Source: Oopsacas minuta
Lineage: Eukaryota; Animalia; Porifera
Assembly: GCA_024704765.1 (NCBI GenBank)
Contig: JAKMXF010000331.1
Location: forward strand, 210,807-269,142
Reading direction: 5' to 3'
Length of the DNA stretch: 58,336 bases
A program made the translations under genes and the position numbers. Positions within the stretch are counted from its first letter, which is position 1. Each line of letters begins with the position of its first letter. The notes beneath the pieces were generated by a model. It saw only the letters and a program-made list of their open reading frames with translations. It did not search any database and was not told the origin of the DNA. This document shows positions 26,016 to 37,908 of this stretch, piece after piece.

Positions 26016-26974
26016 ATGAAATCCAATCAACTTTATTTCCCAGAAGGGCTTTCTCAACACAAACCTTTATATCTTCCTCCTGTATTTAGTAGCCAGTGCA
26101 GTTCAATTGACTGGAAGTTTTTTTCATCTATTAGTGTTGAGAAATTAGCTAATTCTTTTGATTACGATATTTTACAGAAAATACTTCCTTTCATAGCTCA
26201 TTGTAATGTAACTGCTGAACTAAATGTGGATATTGAATCCAATTTTGCGAAGCTTTACCGACTTGCTCAAATCTTGATTGAATATTTGATCCATTCTCAG
26301 ACTCAATTATTTACTAAAGTTTCTCTTCTACATTCGAAGAATCATCAACTCAGAAGTAAGTTACAGAGTCAATTCCGCAAAACTGAAATTGATAGACAAG
26401 TAGTAAAAAACCTTCGTAGAGAATTGAGTCATTTTCAATGCACTTTTATTACTAATGATGTAGATAATACCTTACAAAAAAATATGAAAAGATTCAATTG
26501 TGAACTATGCAATAAGCAGTTTTATACTTTAGAGTATTTACAATCACATAATGAGAGACGTCATGCTCAGATTCCATATCTTCAAAATGTTTCCACATCT
26601 GATGACAATAGACCACCTGGACCATTGGAGGCTTTGAAACATTCACTTTTACTTGATACTCAAAGAATTGATCCCATTACTTCAAGATCACAAACTATGA
26701 TTGAAGATTTGATTAAGAGGGTATTGGAACATAGTTCGATTGTTGAAGAACAATTGCAGCAGCGGGAATCGGAGATTCTTGTTAAAAGGCATAATAATTT
26801 AGAATCGTTTATGCGAGAGGAAATGCAACGTATTACTAGAGAATGTGAAATTTTCAAGCAAAGAATAGTTGCTGAGCAACAACAACAACAAGACACTAAT
26901 AAAACAGCGATCGAGGAATGTTTACATACTTGTCGGAATTTTATAGATGAATTCAAGGTACAAACTGCTACAAG
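26016..26974 (+). CDS. DZIP1: DZIP1/DZIP1L (Iguana) family ciliary zinc-finger coiled-coil protein, large coding exon
   Basis: IDWKFFSSISVEKLANSFDYDILQ...FAKLYRLAQILIEYLIHSQ (Dzip-like N domain), C2H2 finger CELCNKQFYTLEYLQSHNERRH, then a Q/E-rich coiled coil. A pyrimidine tract plus AG lies at 25989-25990, with possible donors at 26957 or 26975. DZIP1 versus DZIP1L cannot be resolved. Confidence 0.87.
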
Positions 26975-28018
26975 GTAGATTATAGAGAGTTTATGTTAGT
27001 CGCTAGATCACTGATAAATTTCCTTTTCGTAGAGTATAGTATCTTTCGATAAAAATCATCCAATCCAGATAGTCTTTACTTTTGGTCGAAAGATACTTAG
27101 TTATATATTCCTTTGATGAAGTCCCGACAAATTATCGATTTTGAACAATATGCTCTCATAGACTACCAACCATCTATATCTTTTTTTCTAGTATAGTTAT
27201 CTACATAGGCAAAACATTGCACTCAGGTCTGGGACAATAGTGAGCTAATGAATTTAGCGCCAAGCTGTAGTTCAAGACCCCCTAAGATATTGGTTTTTAA
27301 CCTTTCATACCTCAATACCCCAATGAATCATAATTTTCCTAAGCTCTATAAAACTCTATAACTAGTAGTACGGTGTATTTCTAGACCTTAAGGGTCGTTT
27401 TAAAGAACTATACTTCGTCTTAATTGAAGTTTGGTACCAGCAACCCTGTGAACCCAAATATACTGTATTTTTCACTTTCTGTGGTAATTACCGAACTGGA
27501 TACCCTCAGGACTGGATTTCGATACCCCTAGGATTTATGGAGGCATAACGGTAAGAAACCCTGCCCAACAAATTATGCATACGCCACCACTTGTTATGTA
27601 TAATCAATAATATATAGAAGACTCGGCAATATTCACTAAGAAGTGAAGTACTAAGTTTGAACCTAAGTACAAATTTGTACTACCATGATTTATCAAACAT
27701 TGTTTATATTATTATCACAAATTGCTCCAAAATTGGCAGACATCAGTAATTAGCATCACTCTGGCATAACATTTCCATCTAATTGATTTTTGTATTTATT
27801 TGGTTCCAATCCTTTTACTGCCTCGAACATAATTGATAGCGTGACCCAGTAGTGAAATATTTGACAATGTTTACATTATAAATTATAAATATTGATTTGC
27901 GATTCGTATTTATGTAACTACGTTGAGCTTCCAGAATTTCTATGTGTAATACTAGCATTAGCGAGCATCGCTTGCTAAATCGCTATGCGACAGCTTGGTG
28001 CTTCATGTTAGCTTAATT

Positions 28019-28085
28019 ATTTAACAGCTAATTACCATAGTACTTTGGTCGCTACGCGGCGGAATATACTCGGCACTTCGTGCCT
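28019..28085. repeat. short dispersed repeat with GC hairpins (second copy inverted at about 55945-56015)
   Basis: TTAACAGCTAA...TTTGGTCGCTACGCG...ATATACT.GG.ACT is shared, in opposite orientation, with 55945-56015. Confidence 0.6.
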
Positions 28086-28229
28086 CAAGTGTCTGAATTT
28101 GCAGAAATGCAATTTTTTTATTATCTATGGTCCATCCAAACTCCATTTCATCGCCTTCTGCGGTAGTACTGGAGCTGCTACGTGGTTTTAGATTACTAAT
28201 TTGGTCACTGCTTCGAGTATTATGAAATT

Positions 28230-28700
28230 CTCAAAAGTATCGACTTTGGGGAAATTTTGAATTTTATACAGTCATGATGGCGTAATAATCCAATAATGAG
28301 TTAGCATTTAGCCAAAATCATGACTTCTGGACACTTGCCACATTGACTGGCACCTGTGATTCAAATTTTAAATTTCTATCATGTATATTGGTTGAGCAGA
28401 AGATTCAGGAATGGTTCCCCTTTCTATCGAATTATGATACCCTAGGCTACATCTGAACCAAAAACGGCGCTTTCTTCATCTAAATGAGACTTATTACATT
28501 GCTCATCCCTTCTTGAATATTCGCCCCGAACCTCTTAGTACAGATCAATATTCTTTAATCTAGCGGGAAAAGCTTTCTATCGTTGAGGCCTATACATTGG
28601 TGACATTTGTACTTGTTCCATAAGCGAACTTCCCTTAGTTTAAGAATCACCATAGAACAACTCTGCCTCGCCAAAAGTATTGAAGCACTGTACCACTTGT
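28230..28700 (-). pseudogene. possible hAT transposase C-terminal remnant
   Basis: ASTIESFSR.IKRIL resembles the hAT dimerisation motif S.ERSFS.LKRI; the region is heavily degraded. Confidence 0.3.
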
Positions 28701-30129
28701 GGTATAAGTAGTACACGGCGAGAATATCATGAAAGATTTTGGAAACATTACAGATAATAGAATATAGCTTGATCTCATTATTCATGCTATATAATCTATT
28801 CTGGTAGAATTTACCACTGTACTTCTATAATTAATAATTCTAGATCGTATCTTATTAACATGAACAATTTATTTCATTGGATAGAGAACCTTCCAATCTC
28901 TTTCCCATTTGTGGTCTCACTTCCCTTTTGTTTCAACTGTCAGCATTACTCTATCACCTTCATCATAGGATTAGTTTTTCTACCTTTGAATTAAATTTGC
29001 TTCTACCAATTCGTGTATTAGTTGTTTCTTGTTGCTATATTAAATTGTATGATTCACTGTCATATTCTCTGTTTGATCTATCCGAAAGCTTGTACAACAG
29101 TTGCTTTGAGTTTCTAATTGTGTTATAATATACAACTGATCCCTCACCAGTACATCATCTGTGGTTTTAACTTCCCGTCATGAGTGAATGTCCTTATTAC
29201 AATTCTCTGAAGACCAGATATACAACCATGTAATATCATTGTCTCACAACATTTTCTCTTGCTCTTCCAATTGTGGCATTGCCCTGATTATGAGGCAATT
29301 TACATCGAGCAAAAATATCTACGAAGATTTCCCACTCTTAATTTCCGGTTATCGGGTACAGTTGACGAACTCTTTCGACATTTTTTGCTACACTACGAAT
29401 GCCTCTCCTTCTAACAATGTACCTATCCCTAGTTCTTTGCTTTCATCTCCCATTCATTTTCAGCAGAATTAATTTCGTATCGCCCAACCATATCTAAATG
29501 TTTCCTTTATCGAATGGCCACTTCAAGCCTCAAAAATTATCAGCTGCTGGCATTAAAACTACCTAAAACAAATCTCGCTAACGATTGTTACAGTATGGTT
29601 AAAAAATCTCAAATATATTTACAATCAGCAAGTAAATTTATTGTATGTTTGACACTATCTATCACATATACAATTGATATACCATACTTATCAATTTCAC
29701 ATCGTTACTTTAATTACTCTATTTTATTCCGCCAGATACTAATTATTTGCGTATTGATAATTTGCATATTGCTATCGTTGGGACTTAATATATATTTGCA
29801 TATTCAATATCCGTATATAGGTGTAGATATATAACTGAGCTATAGTAAAGTATATTTTTCAATACAAAAACTCCATACCTTCATGCGAAATCTGACTAAA
29901 TAATCCGAAAAATGGCCTTTACAATAAACTGCACTATTGTATAGTGGGGCTATATACGTTATTTGGGGGCGCTGCATTTGTAAGAATTTTTCTAAAGTAT
30001 CAATGTACTAGTTTGGGATGTAAATTTAATCGGCAAGCTTTTGTTTACATGCTTCCATATGCTCTTCTATAAGAATTTGTTCTCACTTTTGACTTATAGA
30101 AATATCTAAGCCATTTATTCAATCTAGCG

Positions 30130-33100
30130 CACAGTGGGCTACTAGGGTGCATTAGGCCCAAATTCTTACCTTCAATTGATACAATGTTGAATTATTAATT
30201 AGATTCTATTCTAGATATATTAAACGAGCGATATGTAAATTATCAGATGAAATAGTTAAGTATTCTATTTTTGTGATGAATCAAATGTAGGACTTCATTG
30301 CTGTATTCTATGTGTATACATCCATTATATAAATGGCAGAAGCTATTTCAGTAATCTGTTGAATTTGTGATGCATACTATTGTTCATTTATATGCTTTCC
30401 AAGCAAAGTGTGTGCGCTGAATTTGAATCTATCTTTGAATTTCTTCAGGAGCGAAAAGATTAATCAGATATTACGTATACAATTCTGTGAAAAGTTTGTA
30501 GAAATTTCTCTCTGCCATAAGCCATCTTGTTGGCAGCAAAATTTGTTTCCACTGCTTTCACCCTGAATTTTAGTATGTAATCTTGTCAAGTAATATAAAC
30601 ATTATATTAAAAGTCAAATACCCTTCATTGCGTAACATTAAATTTTGTCAAATTCTATTCTCACATCTACATTGGTATGGTACAATGTAATGTAATTACA
30701 TGGTAATTTTTACACCAATATAACGCAATAATTATATATATATCTACATACTGCATATTACGCGGTAGCATACAAGTTCATTAATTTGATAACCTATTGA
30801 ACCTCGACTTATCAATTTAAACATGGCTGAAGCAACAATAGCATCTGAAAGCCCGAAAACACGTCTTGACTTGGCTATCATATTGAAGGTTCACGACTAT
30901 GATATCAATCAAGCAGCAGATGAAGTGGTGCGTATACTAAATCTCGAGGAATATAAGAGACATTCTGTATACTCTCTAATGTCTAAAGTATCGCATAATT
31001 TCCGAAAGAGTATGAAATCCATTGAGAGCTTAGATGGTGAGTGGTGGAGTGCAAGTATTCCATGGATCCCTGTTAAACCTAAGAGCACCCAATCATTTCC
31101 TTCTGTCTCAGGCTGTGATGTAGAAAGCGGTATTATATTGGTTCCAAATGTAGAGAGGAGAAAATCAATTGACGACATTCAAGTTGGTTCAAAGAAGATA
31201 AGGTCTGATCAGACTGGGATGCTTACTTGGATCCGTCAGTTAGCACAACTTGAAAGTATTTCTGTTATTTGCTACGTTGCTCTCCTCTTGTATATTGTAG
31301 CTGTAGAACAAATTGGTATTTACGGCATCGCAAATATCCCTTTGAAAATGCATAAAGAAGAATCGGTACCAACCCTCAGTAACATAGTTTTACCAGAAAA
31401 ATCAACATTCTGAGCATATCAACTTAAGCTGTGGATAGAAAAATGGAGAGATCTTAAATATTATCTCCAATCAGATGGCCTCGTTTTGGCTACTTGAGAA
31501 AAAATTTGTGAAATTAGAAAATCAATTGTTCCAACATTCAACTGGTATCCAAATGTTTCCAATCCTATAAGGGTTTATATATCTTACACATCACATGTGA
31601 TTTCTCTCTTTGACCGGTTGTTGAAAGAATGTGTGCTAAATTTCCTGCACCCCACTTCTATCTATTAACACTCAAAATCAAGCATGGACTGGATGGTTCT
31701 GGATCTTATTCCTCTCCTGGATTATTGTCAGCTTGTATATAGACCGATCAAATTATATTGTCTTCATGGTTAGGTAATATATCGATTCGGGAATGTTCTG
31801 TGGGAAAATAGGCATCCTAACTTCTGTTTTTCAAACCAACCAGTAGCACAAATTTGCCAAAAGGAGACTATTGACACTGTGATAGATCTGAGCAAGTACT
31901 AAACCCTGAAATTGTTTCACTAAATGAGAATCGTTCTAATCACATAAATGGCCACGGTAAAGTAGAAGCCAAAGCTTCAATGTTGGACGGCAAACTTTAG
32001 CAACAATGACAGGTGAAGGAGGAGAGCTATGTATTGCCTGTAAAATAACCCGGAGTGATATAAATTGTATTACGAAAGTTGTTTGCGATTCTCCTTTAGA
32101 TTGTTCGATGGAGGATATCAAAGAGACATTCCGTCACTTAACCTCTGATGGAAATGAGCTGATGAGCTCTATACAAAGTAGCTGTGTGGGATTATACACG
32201 AACCTGCAAGTGGCATCGATGTATTTCCTGTAACACCTTTATATTTTTACCTAAGGATTTTGGTTGGTTTTGAACCTCATCTACCGAATTGCCGCAGGAA
32301 AGTCCAGGTAGACTGAGGATCAAATGGTGCGAGATTATTGAAGTTTAGTATGCAAGCGTATCCATGAGCTTACGAACTTACAATTCGACCATCCAGGAGG
32401 AATTGGGAACACAAGCACTGGTTACATGGCAAGAACATTCTTTCATATAAAAAATGTGTTTTCGGATCGCTTTACTCGTTTGTACCAAATGTTTATAGAG
32501 ATGTTCTGACAGATATTCACAGGAATTTATCTGCATTACTCAGAGTTGGTAATAGTAGTGAAGTTGTTGATGTGGACAGATTTCGTGGTTAAGTTAGGAA
32601 ACCTACTTAATGATCTTACAAACCTTTTCCTGGGTAACAATTAGCAATATGCTCCACAGATTCTTGGCTCATGCCCATCAGTTTATTGAGAGAAATGAAA
32701 GGGTAGGATTGTGTAGTCTTTCTGGGAAGGGTTAGAACACAAGGACATAAGTTGATCCGAGAGTTCTCAACATATTTGAGCAGGAAATTAGATTATCTAT
32801 GTGGATTAAGTGATGTTGCAATGATGCTTTATATCTATGGCTGTCCAGTTCTGAATGCAAAATTCAGAAAGATCATCATTTGTTCCACTTGTGGTCGAGT
32901 AGGTCATCAAAAGAATTGTGAAAAACAGGAAAGTAGACAACGTGACAAATAATATTGATAATGAAGATTCTCTTCTTCAAAATTCAATAGATGAACTCTT
33001 CTTGAATTTAACATTTAATCATCAATACGATGTTCGTATGTTATTTATTCTTCAGTTACCATAGCCATAATATATTCATATTCTATTTCTTCTATTATTA

Positions 33101-33317
33101 ACTCAGTTTAGTGTATATCTAGATTTCTGTATTACCGTATATAGTAATTATGATTATGTCATATATTGAAAACCTGATGTGATACAACAAAATTGAATCA
33201 ACAAAAGAACTGCAATCGTCAACTTACTATGCAGTAATAATGTATTTTATAAGCCTATCTCTAAAATTGAACACGTAAACCCCTAATACCAGTATTTCGT
33301 AACAGTATCCTACTGTG
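30130..33317 (+). mobile_element. Transib/RAG1-like transposon, full length with RSS-heptamer termini
   Basis: Left end CACAGTGGGCTACT; right end reverse complement CACAGTAGGATACT (12/14); CTAGCG directly repeated at 30124-30129 and 33318-33323; 3188 bp. Confidence 0.9.
30823..32952 (+). pseudogene. RAG1-core/Transib-like DDE transposase, about 700 codons, decayed
   Basis: NBD-like helical segment after RRKSIDD; LKIKHGLDGSG (Asp at 31692); WENRHPN..S..P; SMLDGK (Asp at 31986); GGELCIAC; PL(H)..LR; GNMARTF; ILAHAHQFIE...LS(GE)GLE(Q)GHK; C-terminal CSTCGRVGHQKNC. Multiple stops and frameshifts. Confidence 0.87.
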
Positions 33318-35683
33318 CTAGCGATATCTATGTCAATATCAGGAATGATGTCATTAAGGGTTTCACAAAATTCCATATGTTGGGATGGTTGGTTTTGAAA
33401 TTAGGTGTAATTTGATCGTGATAGCTTTCCGCTCCACTGTTTGTCGTAACTTTACTTGTAAAGATTGTTCCTACCGCAGGCCCAATTCTTGTCAACCATT
33501 GTCGCTTGCATTATCGTTGAACATTTCGATTTGAAAATTTCCGTATGTGTGTAAAGTTCTAAGATAGAAGTGACTAACTCTAACATGGGCACAATATGTT
33601 CCAGAGGTATTAAGGGCCATACATGTAGAACTTTCGAAGTTTTATGGAGATCTGGGGCAGGCAGAGTACTAGTATTTTATATATATCAACTCATTTTAAA
33701 GAAAAACCTTTCTTCAGGTTACAAATCCTGGGGCGAGATAGGCCTACCCTACCCCAACTTATTTCCAGGTGGGGCAGGCTACCCGCCCCCTCCCCCTTCC
33801 CTGCAACGACGCCTATATTAAGGGTAATAGCATAATGGATTTTATTATCTTTTTGAAGCTAGTATGGGTATCAAATACAGCGACCAATCCTAATTTGGTG
33901 ATCCTTCTCCATATATCTTGATTGCGATGGAACGAACTCCCATATAATGCAATGTTTAGATAAACAGTCTTCTCGGACTACAACAGTCTCTTTGAAATAT
34001 TCATTGAATGCGAGACAGTTTTGATTATTGTGGAAAATTCAAGAGCAGCAACAAATATGTAAACTATTCATTTCATTCCAATTATACACAATTGTTCATC
34101 TAATGCGACACTTTTGCAAAATTGTTTTGAAATGAATGGTTTTACAGAATTCTTTAAATTATGCGACACTTATGCGAAATTGTTAATGGTGCTACTGAGT
34201 TCCAAAGAACAACTAATCTATTGAATAAACATAGAATTGGCGTATATTAAATATTAGAAGCATCAAAGAACTAAAATTTCATTATAACACAACAAGCATA
34301 ACGTATGAAGTCAAGTAACTTGGAATTACAACTGCATCGATTGTTAAATTTGATACCATTTTTAAACACTTGTAACGGCCGCTGTTGCATGTCTTGTTGT
34401 AACTGCACTTGACGAAGCCTTGGCCAGTACTAATTAAGTCAAAGTGTGCGACTTCACGCAGAGACATATTCTTCCCTTGTAGGATTTCTGCAATAGTCAT
34501 GAATTGCTCCACACAAGGACTGAACTGTTTGCTAATCTAAAATTGATTCAAAATTCAATTTTCTCTTCCGAGCTTTAATGGCCACCATCATGTATCGAGA
34601 CTACAACAGCTTTCCAGGTGTTCAATAAGTTCCTCAGGCAAAACCAAGTTGTGGCTCTGCCCTAACATCGCTTCATGCGGCATGCGGCCGATTCCAGTTG
34701 GATAGCGATTGTTCTTTTGCCACTAGACGAACTGAAGACATTCTAACCACTTCGTGGTGTTGTTCTCCTTCTGCCAGTAGACAAGCATCGCTTCGGTATA
34801 CCGATTGGCACTTTCGACTGAGCCCTATGACTGCGAATGACGAGGCTTTCTGTGGACAAATGGCACTCCCGGTCCGATCTAATGACCTCATTGACCACCT
34901 ATAAAATATATGGGTAGATCTATGTTACAATTTTCACCTAGCCGAAAGACAATTCTAAAAGATCTAGACCATTGTTACGATAATAGTATTGAAGAATGGA
35001 TAACACATAAAGGCCTCATACAGCATTATACTTTCTTTACTAGATTTGTAAAATAAAATTTTGTTCAGAATGGACACTCGAGGTATTAAATCCTTTATAT
35101 ATTTCCAGACATATCTATGTTCACTCCATTTGTTGATGTGTGTCATTTAAACTGACAGCAAAAATTCATGTATGTTTCTTACGGATGTCATAAATAATTT
35201 CCCTAGTTTTATTAGCGTTGGCTATACGGTATATATAATGCATTGACATAACATTGACATAAAGCGAACTCCCTTCCATTGTCCGATTGTAGTACACGAG
35301 GCGATTCTGACCCACAAAATTTTCCACCCAAATGGTACACCAAGGACCAACATCTTCGTGAGGTGATCTTGATAATTCTGAATGAAACGTTCATCTTCTT
35401 CTTTCTGGCTCTGCATGCCTATCAAGCCCAACTACAAAATATAGGTATTATATGAACATTTAGATATATTTATTATTTACATTATATATGTATTTTTATA
35501 TACAACTACAGCAGGGGTTTTCAACCAGTGGGTCGTGGAAGGTAGGAATTTTTACTGAATTTCAGTGATTCTATTACTATTAATTTGTAGTTAGTGTCGC
35601 ATTGCGTAATTAGAAACCCTATTGTCATTATATGACATCATTGTATTGATTATGAAATAACATAGAAGAAATAGAATCTTGAA

Positions 35684-35801
35684 GGAATACATACAATTCG
35701 TGACATGTCATAAATTGTAATGTCACGAATTGTAATGGCACGAATTGTAGGCCACGAATTGTAATGGTACGAATTGTAATGTCACGAATTGTATGTATTC
35801 C
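35684..35801. mobile_element. 118-bp MULE-type MITE made of CACGAATTGTAATG repeats
   Basis: Perfect 23-bp TIR GGAATACATACAATTCGTGACAT; 9-bp TSD AATCTTGAA / AATATTGAA; internal units of about 15 bp. Confidence 0.88.
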
Positions 35802-35930
35802 AATATTGAAGTGTAATATTTTATTAAATAACCTATGAAGTCCAGGTTTGTATGTACAACAAAGAATTATATAAAGACATTTCTAGGCCTTTCAACTTTA
35901 ACAAGTCCTTCTAATCGTATTTTTACTTAA

Positions 35931-37720
35931 ATGGCAACTAAACGTGCTCCGAAGCGTGCTTACTCAGATGATTATCTGAAATTTGGATTTACAAGTATAG
36001 TAATTGAAGGTATTGAAAAAACACAATGCGTGATATGTCTGAAAGTATTATCTGCAGAGTCTATGAAGCCGTTTCAGCTTAAAAGACATTTTGAGAAAGA
36101 ACATCCAACATATAATGACCGAGATGTTTCTTTCTTCCAAAGACAATCTCAATCTGTCAAGAAATCTAGACTTGATACGACAGGACAGACAGCTATCACT
36201 ATAAGAGCCACAGTTGAAGCATCATATGTTGTGTCACTACGTATTTCTAAATCTAAGAAACCCCATACTATTGGTGAAGAGCTAGTTTTGCCCTGCACGA
36301 AAGACATTGTGCGCATAATGATTGGAGCAGATGCAGTAAAAAAACTAAGTTCGCTGTCAATTTCAGATAACACTGTTCAGCGCAGAATTCAAGAAATGTC
36401 AGAGGATATTAAGACCAAGTTGTGGAGCAAATCAAACACTCACCCATCTTTGTTTTGCAATTAGATGAGTCAACTGATGTTTCTTCTTGTGCTCAGCTGA
36501 TGATATATGTACGTTATATCCACGATTCTAACTTCAAAGAAGAGTTCCTGTTTTGTCAGCCACTTGATTCTCAAACACATGGAATTGATGTTTTCAACAA
36601 AGTAGACACCTATTTTGTAAAAGAAGGTCCCGATTAGAAAAAGTTGGAGCCATTTGCACAGATGGCGCTCCTTCTATGTTGGGAAGCCATTCTGGGTTCC
36701 AGACACGCGTTAGACAGTTTGTCCAGATGTGATAACAAATCACTGTAGGATTCACCGAGAAGCCCTTGCAGCGAAGACTTTGCCAGCCTCGCTAAATGTT
36801 ATCTTGCAGGAGGTAATTAAAATAGTCAATTTCGTTAAAAGTAGCGCACTCAACACTCGTCTCTTCAGAAATCTTTCTTTAGATATGGATGCTGCATATA
36901 TGAATCTGTTATATCACACTGAAATTAGATGGCTTTCAAAGGGCAATGTTTTGAAACGTGTTCTAGACCTCAAGGGAGAAACAACAGAGTTTTTAAAACT
37001 CCAAAAGCGGACGCATTGGCATGATTTATTCGAAAATCACGAATGGATTACTAGACTTTGTTATCTTTGCGATATTTTTGAAAGACTCAATACTCTGAAC
37101 CTCTCATTGCAAGGTAAAGATAGAATATTATGGATTTTGTAGACAAGCTTTCTGCCTTGCAAGCAATGCTTGACCTCTGGAGAAACAAGATAAATAGTGG
37201 TAGGATTACAATGTTTTCTCACCTCTGTAGCTATGTTGAAGATTGCGAAATTAGTATCAGCGAAGCTTTGCAAAATGACATTGCAACGCATTTGCAATCA
37301 CTTAAAGATGAATTCTCTAGATACTTTCCAGAAACAACAAAATCCAAATTTAATCTTGTTCGAAATCCTTTTCTGGCCAAAATAGATGACTGCATTCCTG
37401 ATAATCACGATGCAGCACAGGAGGATTTCATCAAACTTGTAAATGATTCAGGAGCACAAACATTATTTTCAAGAGTTGATTTGCCATCTTTTGGAGTTTT
37501 GTGCTTGGAAGCTATCCAATAGTATCACCGATTGCCCTGAAGATGCTCATGCCATTCCCATCAACTTATTTGTGTGAAGCGGCGTTTTCTAGCATGCTAG
37601 TAATCAAAACTAAGGCTAGAAATAGGCTTGATATCGAACCAGATCTACGCTGCTGCTTAGCAATAACACAGCCTAGAATTTCAAAAGCTAGTTGATGAAA
37701 ACAACATAAAAAATCACATT
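35931..37720 (+). pseudogene. Buster-type (ZBED5/ZBED8-like) hAT transposase pseudogene
   Basis: YSDDYLKFGF..QCVICLKVLSAESMKP..LKRH, LQLDESTDVS, CTDGAPSM, HC.IHREALA, RWLSKG and FPSTYLCEAAFS motifs across frameshifted ORFs. Confidence 0.93.
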
Positions 37721-37908
37721 AAATAATCATGTGTGATAATTATTAGTATTGTAGATGTAGTAAATTTACATTAGAATAATATATACGAGTTAAGTAAATA
37801 CATTTTGAAATTTACGTTTTGGTTATGCCTTCACCGGGTGGGGCGCGAACGCTTTAAAAAGTTGGAAAGTGGGTTGTGGTCAGAAAAAGGTTGAAAACCC
37901 CTGAACTA

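Larger units (their letters stand above)
35512..37903 (+). mobile_element. hAT transposon, Buster/Charlie group, full length
   Basis: TIRs CAGGGGTTTTCAACC and GGTTGAAAACCCCTG; perfect 8-bp TSD AACTACAG at 35504-35511 and 37904-37911; 2392 bp. Confidence 0.96.

Noticed and set aside
28877-29834. Hydrophobic ORFs as membrane proteins (also 3148-3558, 53445-53780, 55340-55648)
   Set aside because: The L/I/F/S/Y-rich composition is typical of chance ORFs in AT-rich DNA, with no motifs.
30137-30175. Full 12/23 RSS (heptamer-spacer-nonamer) at the transposon ends
   Set aside because: No ACAAAAACC-like nonamer at 12 or 23 bp on any of the three ends; the best nearby match (CCAAATTCT) is only 5/9 and at the wrong spacing.
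30137-30822. RAG2-like gene inside the RAG1-like element
   Set aside because: The flanking internal DNA is too short and AT-rich, with no ORF or kelch/PHD motifs on either strand.
31875-31881. Internal CACTGTG heptamers (also 57164-57170)
   Set aside because: They lie inside coding remnants with no TIR continuation or TSD, as expected by chance.
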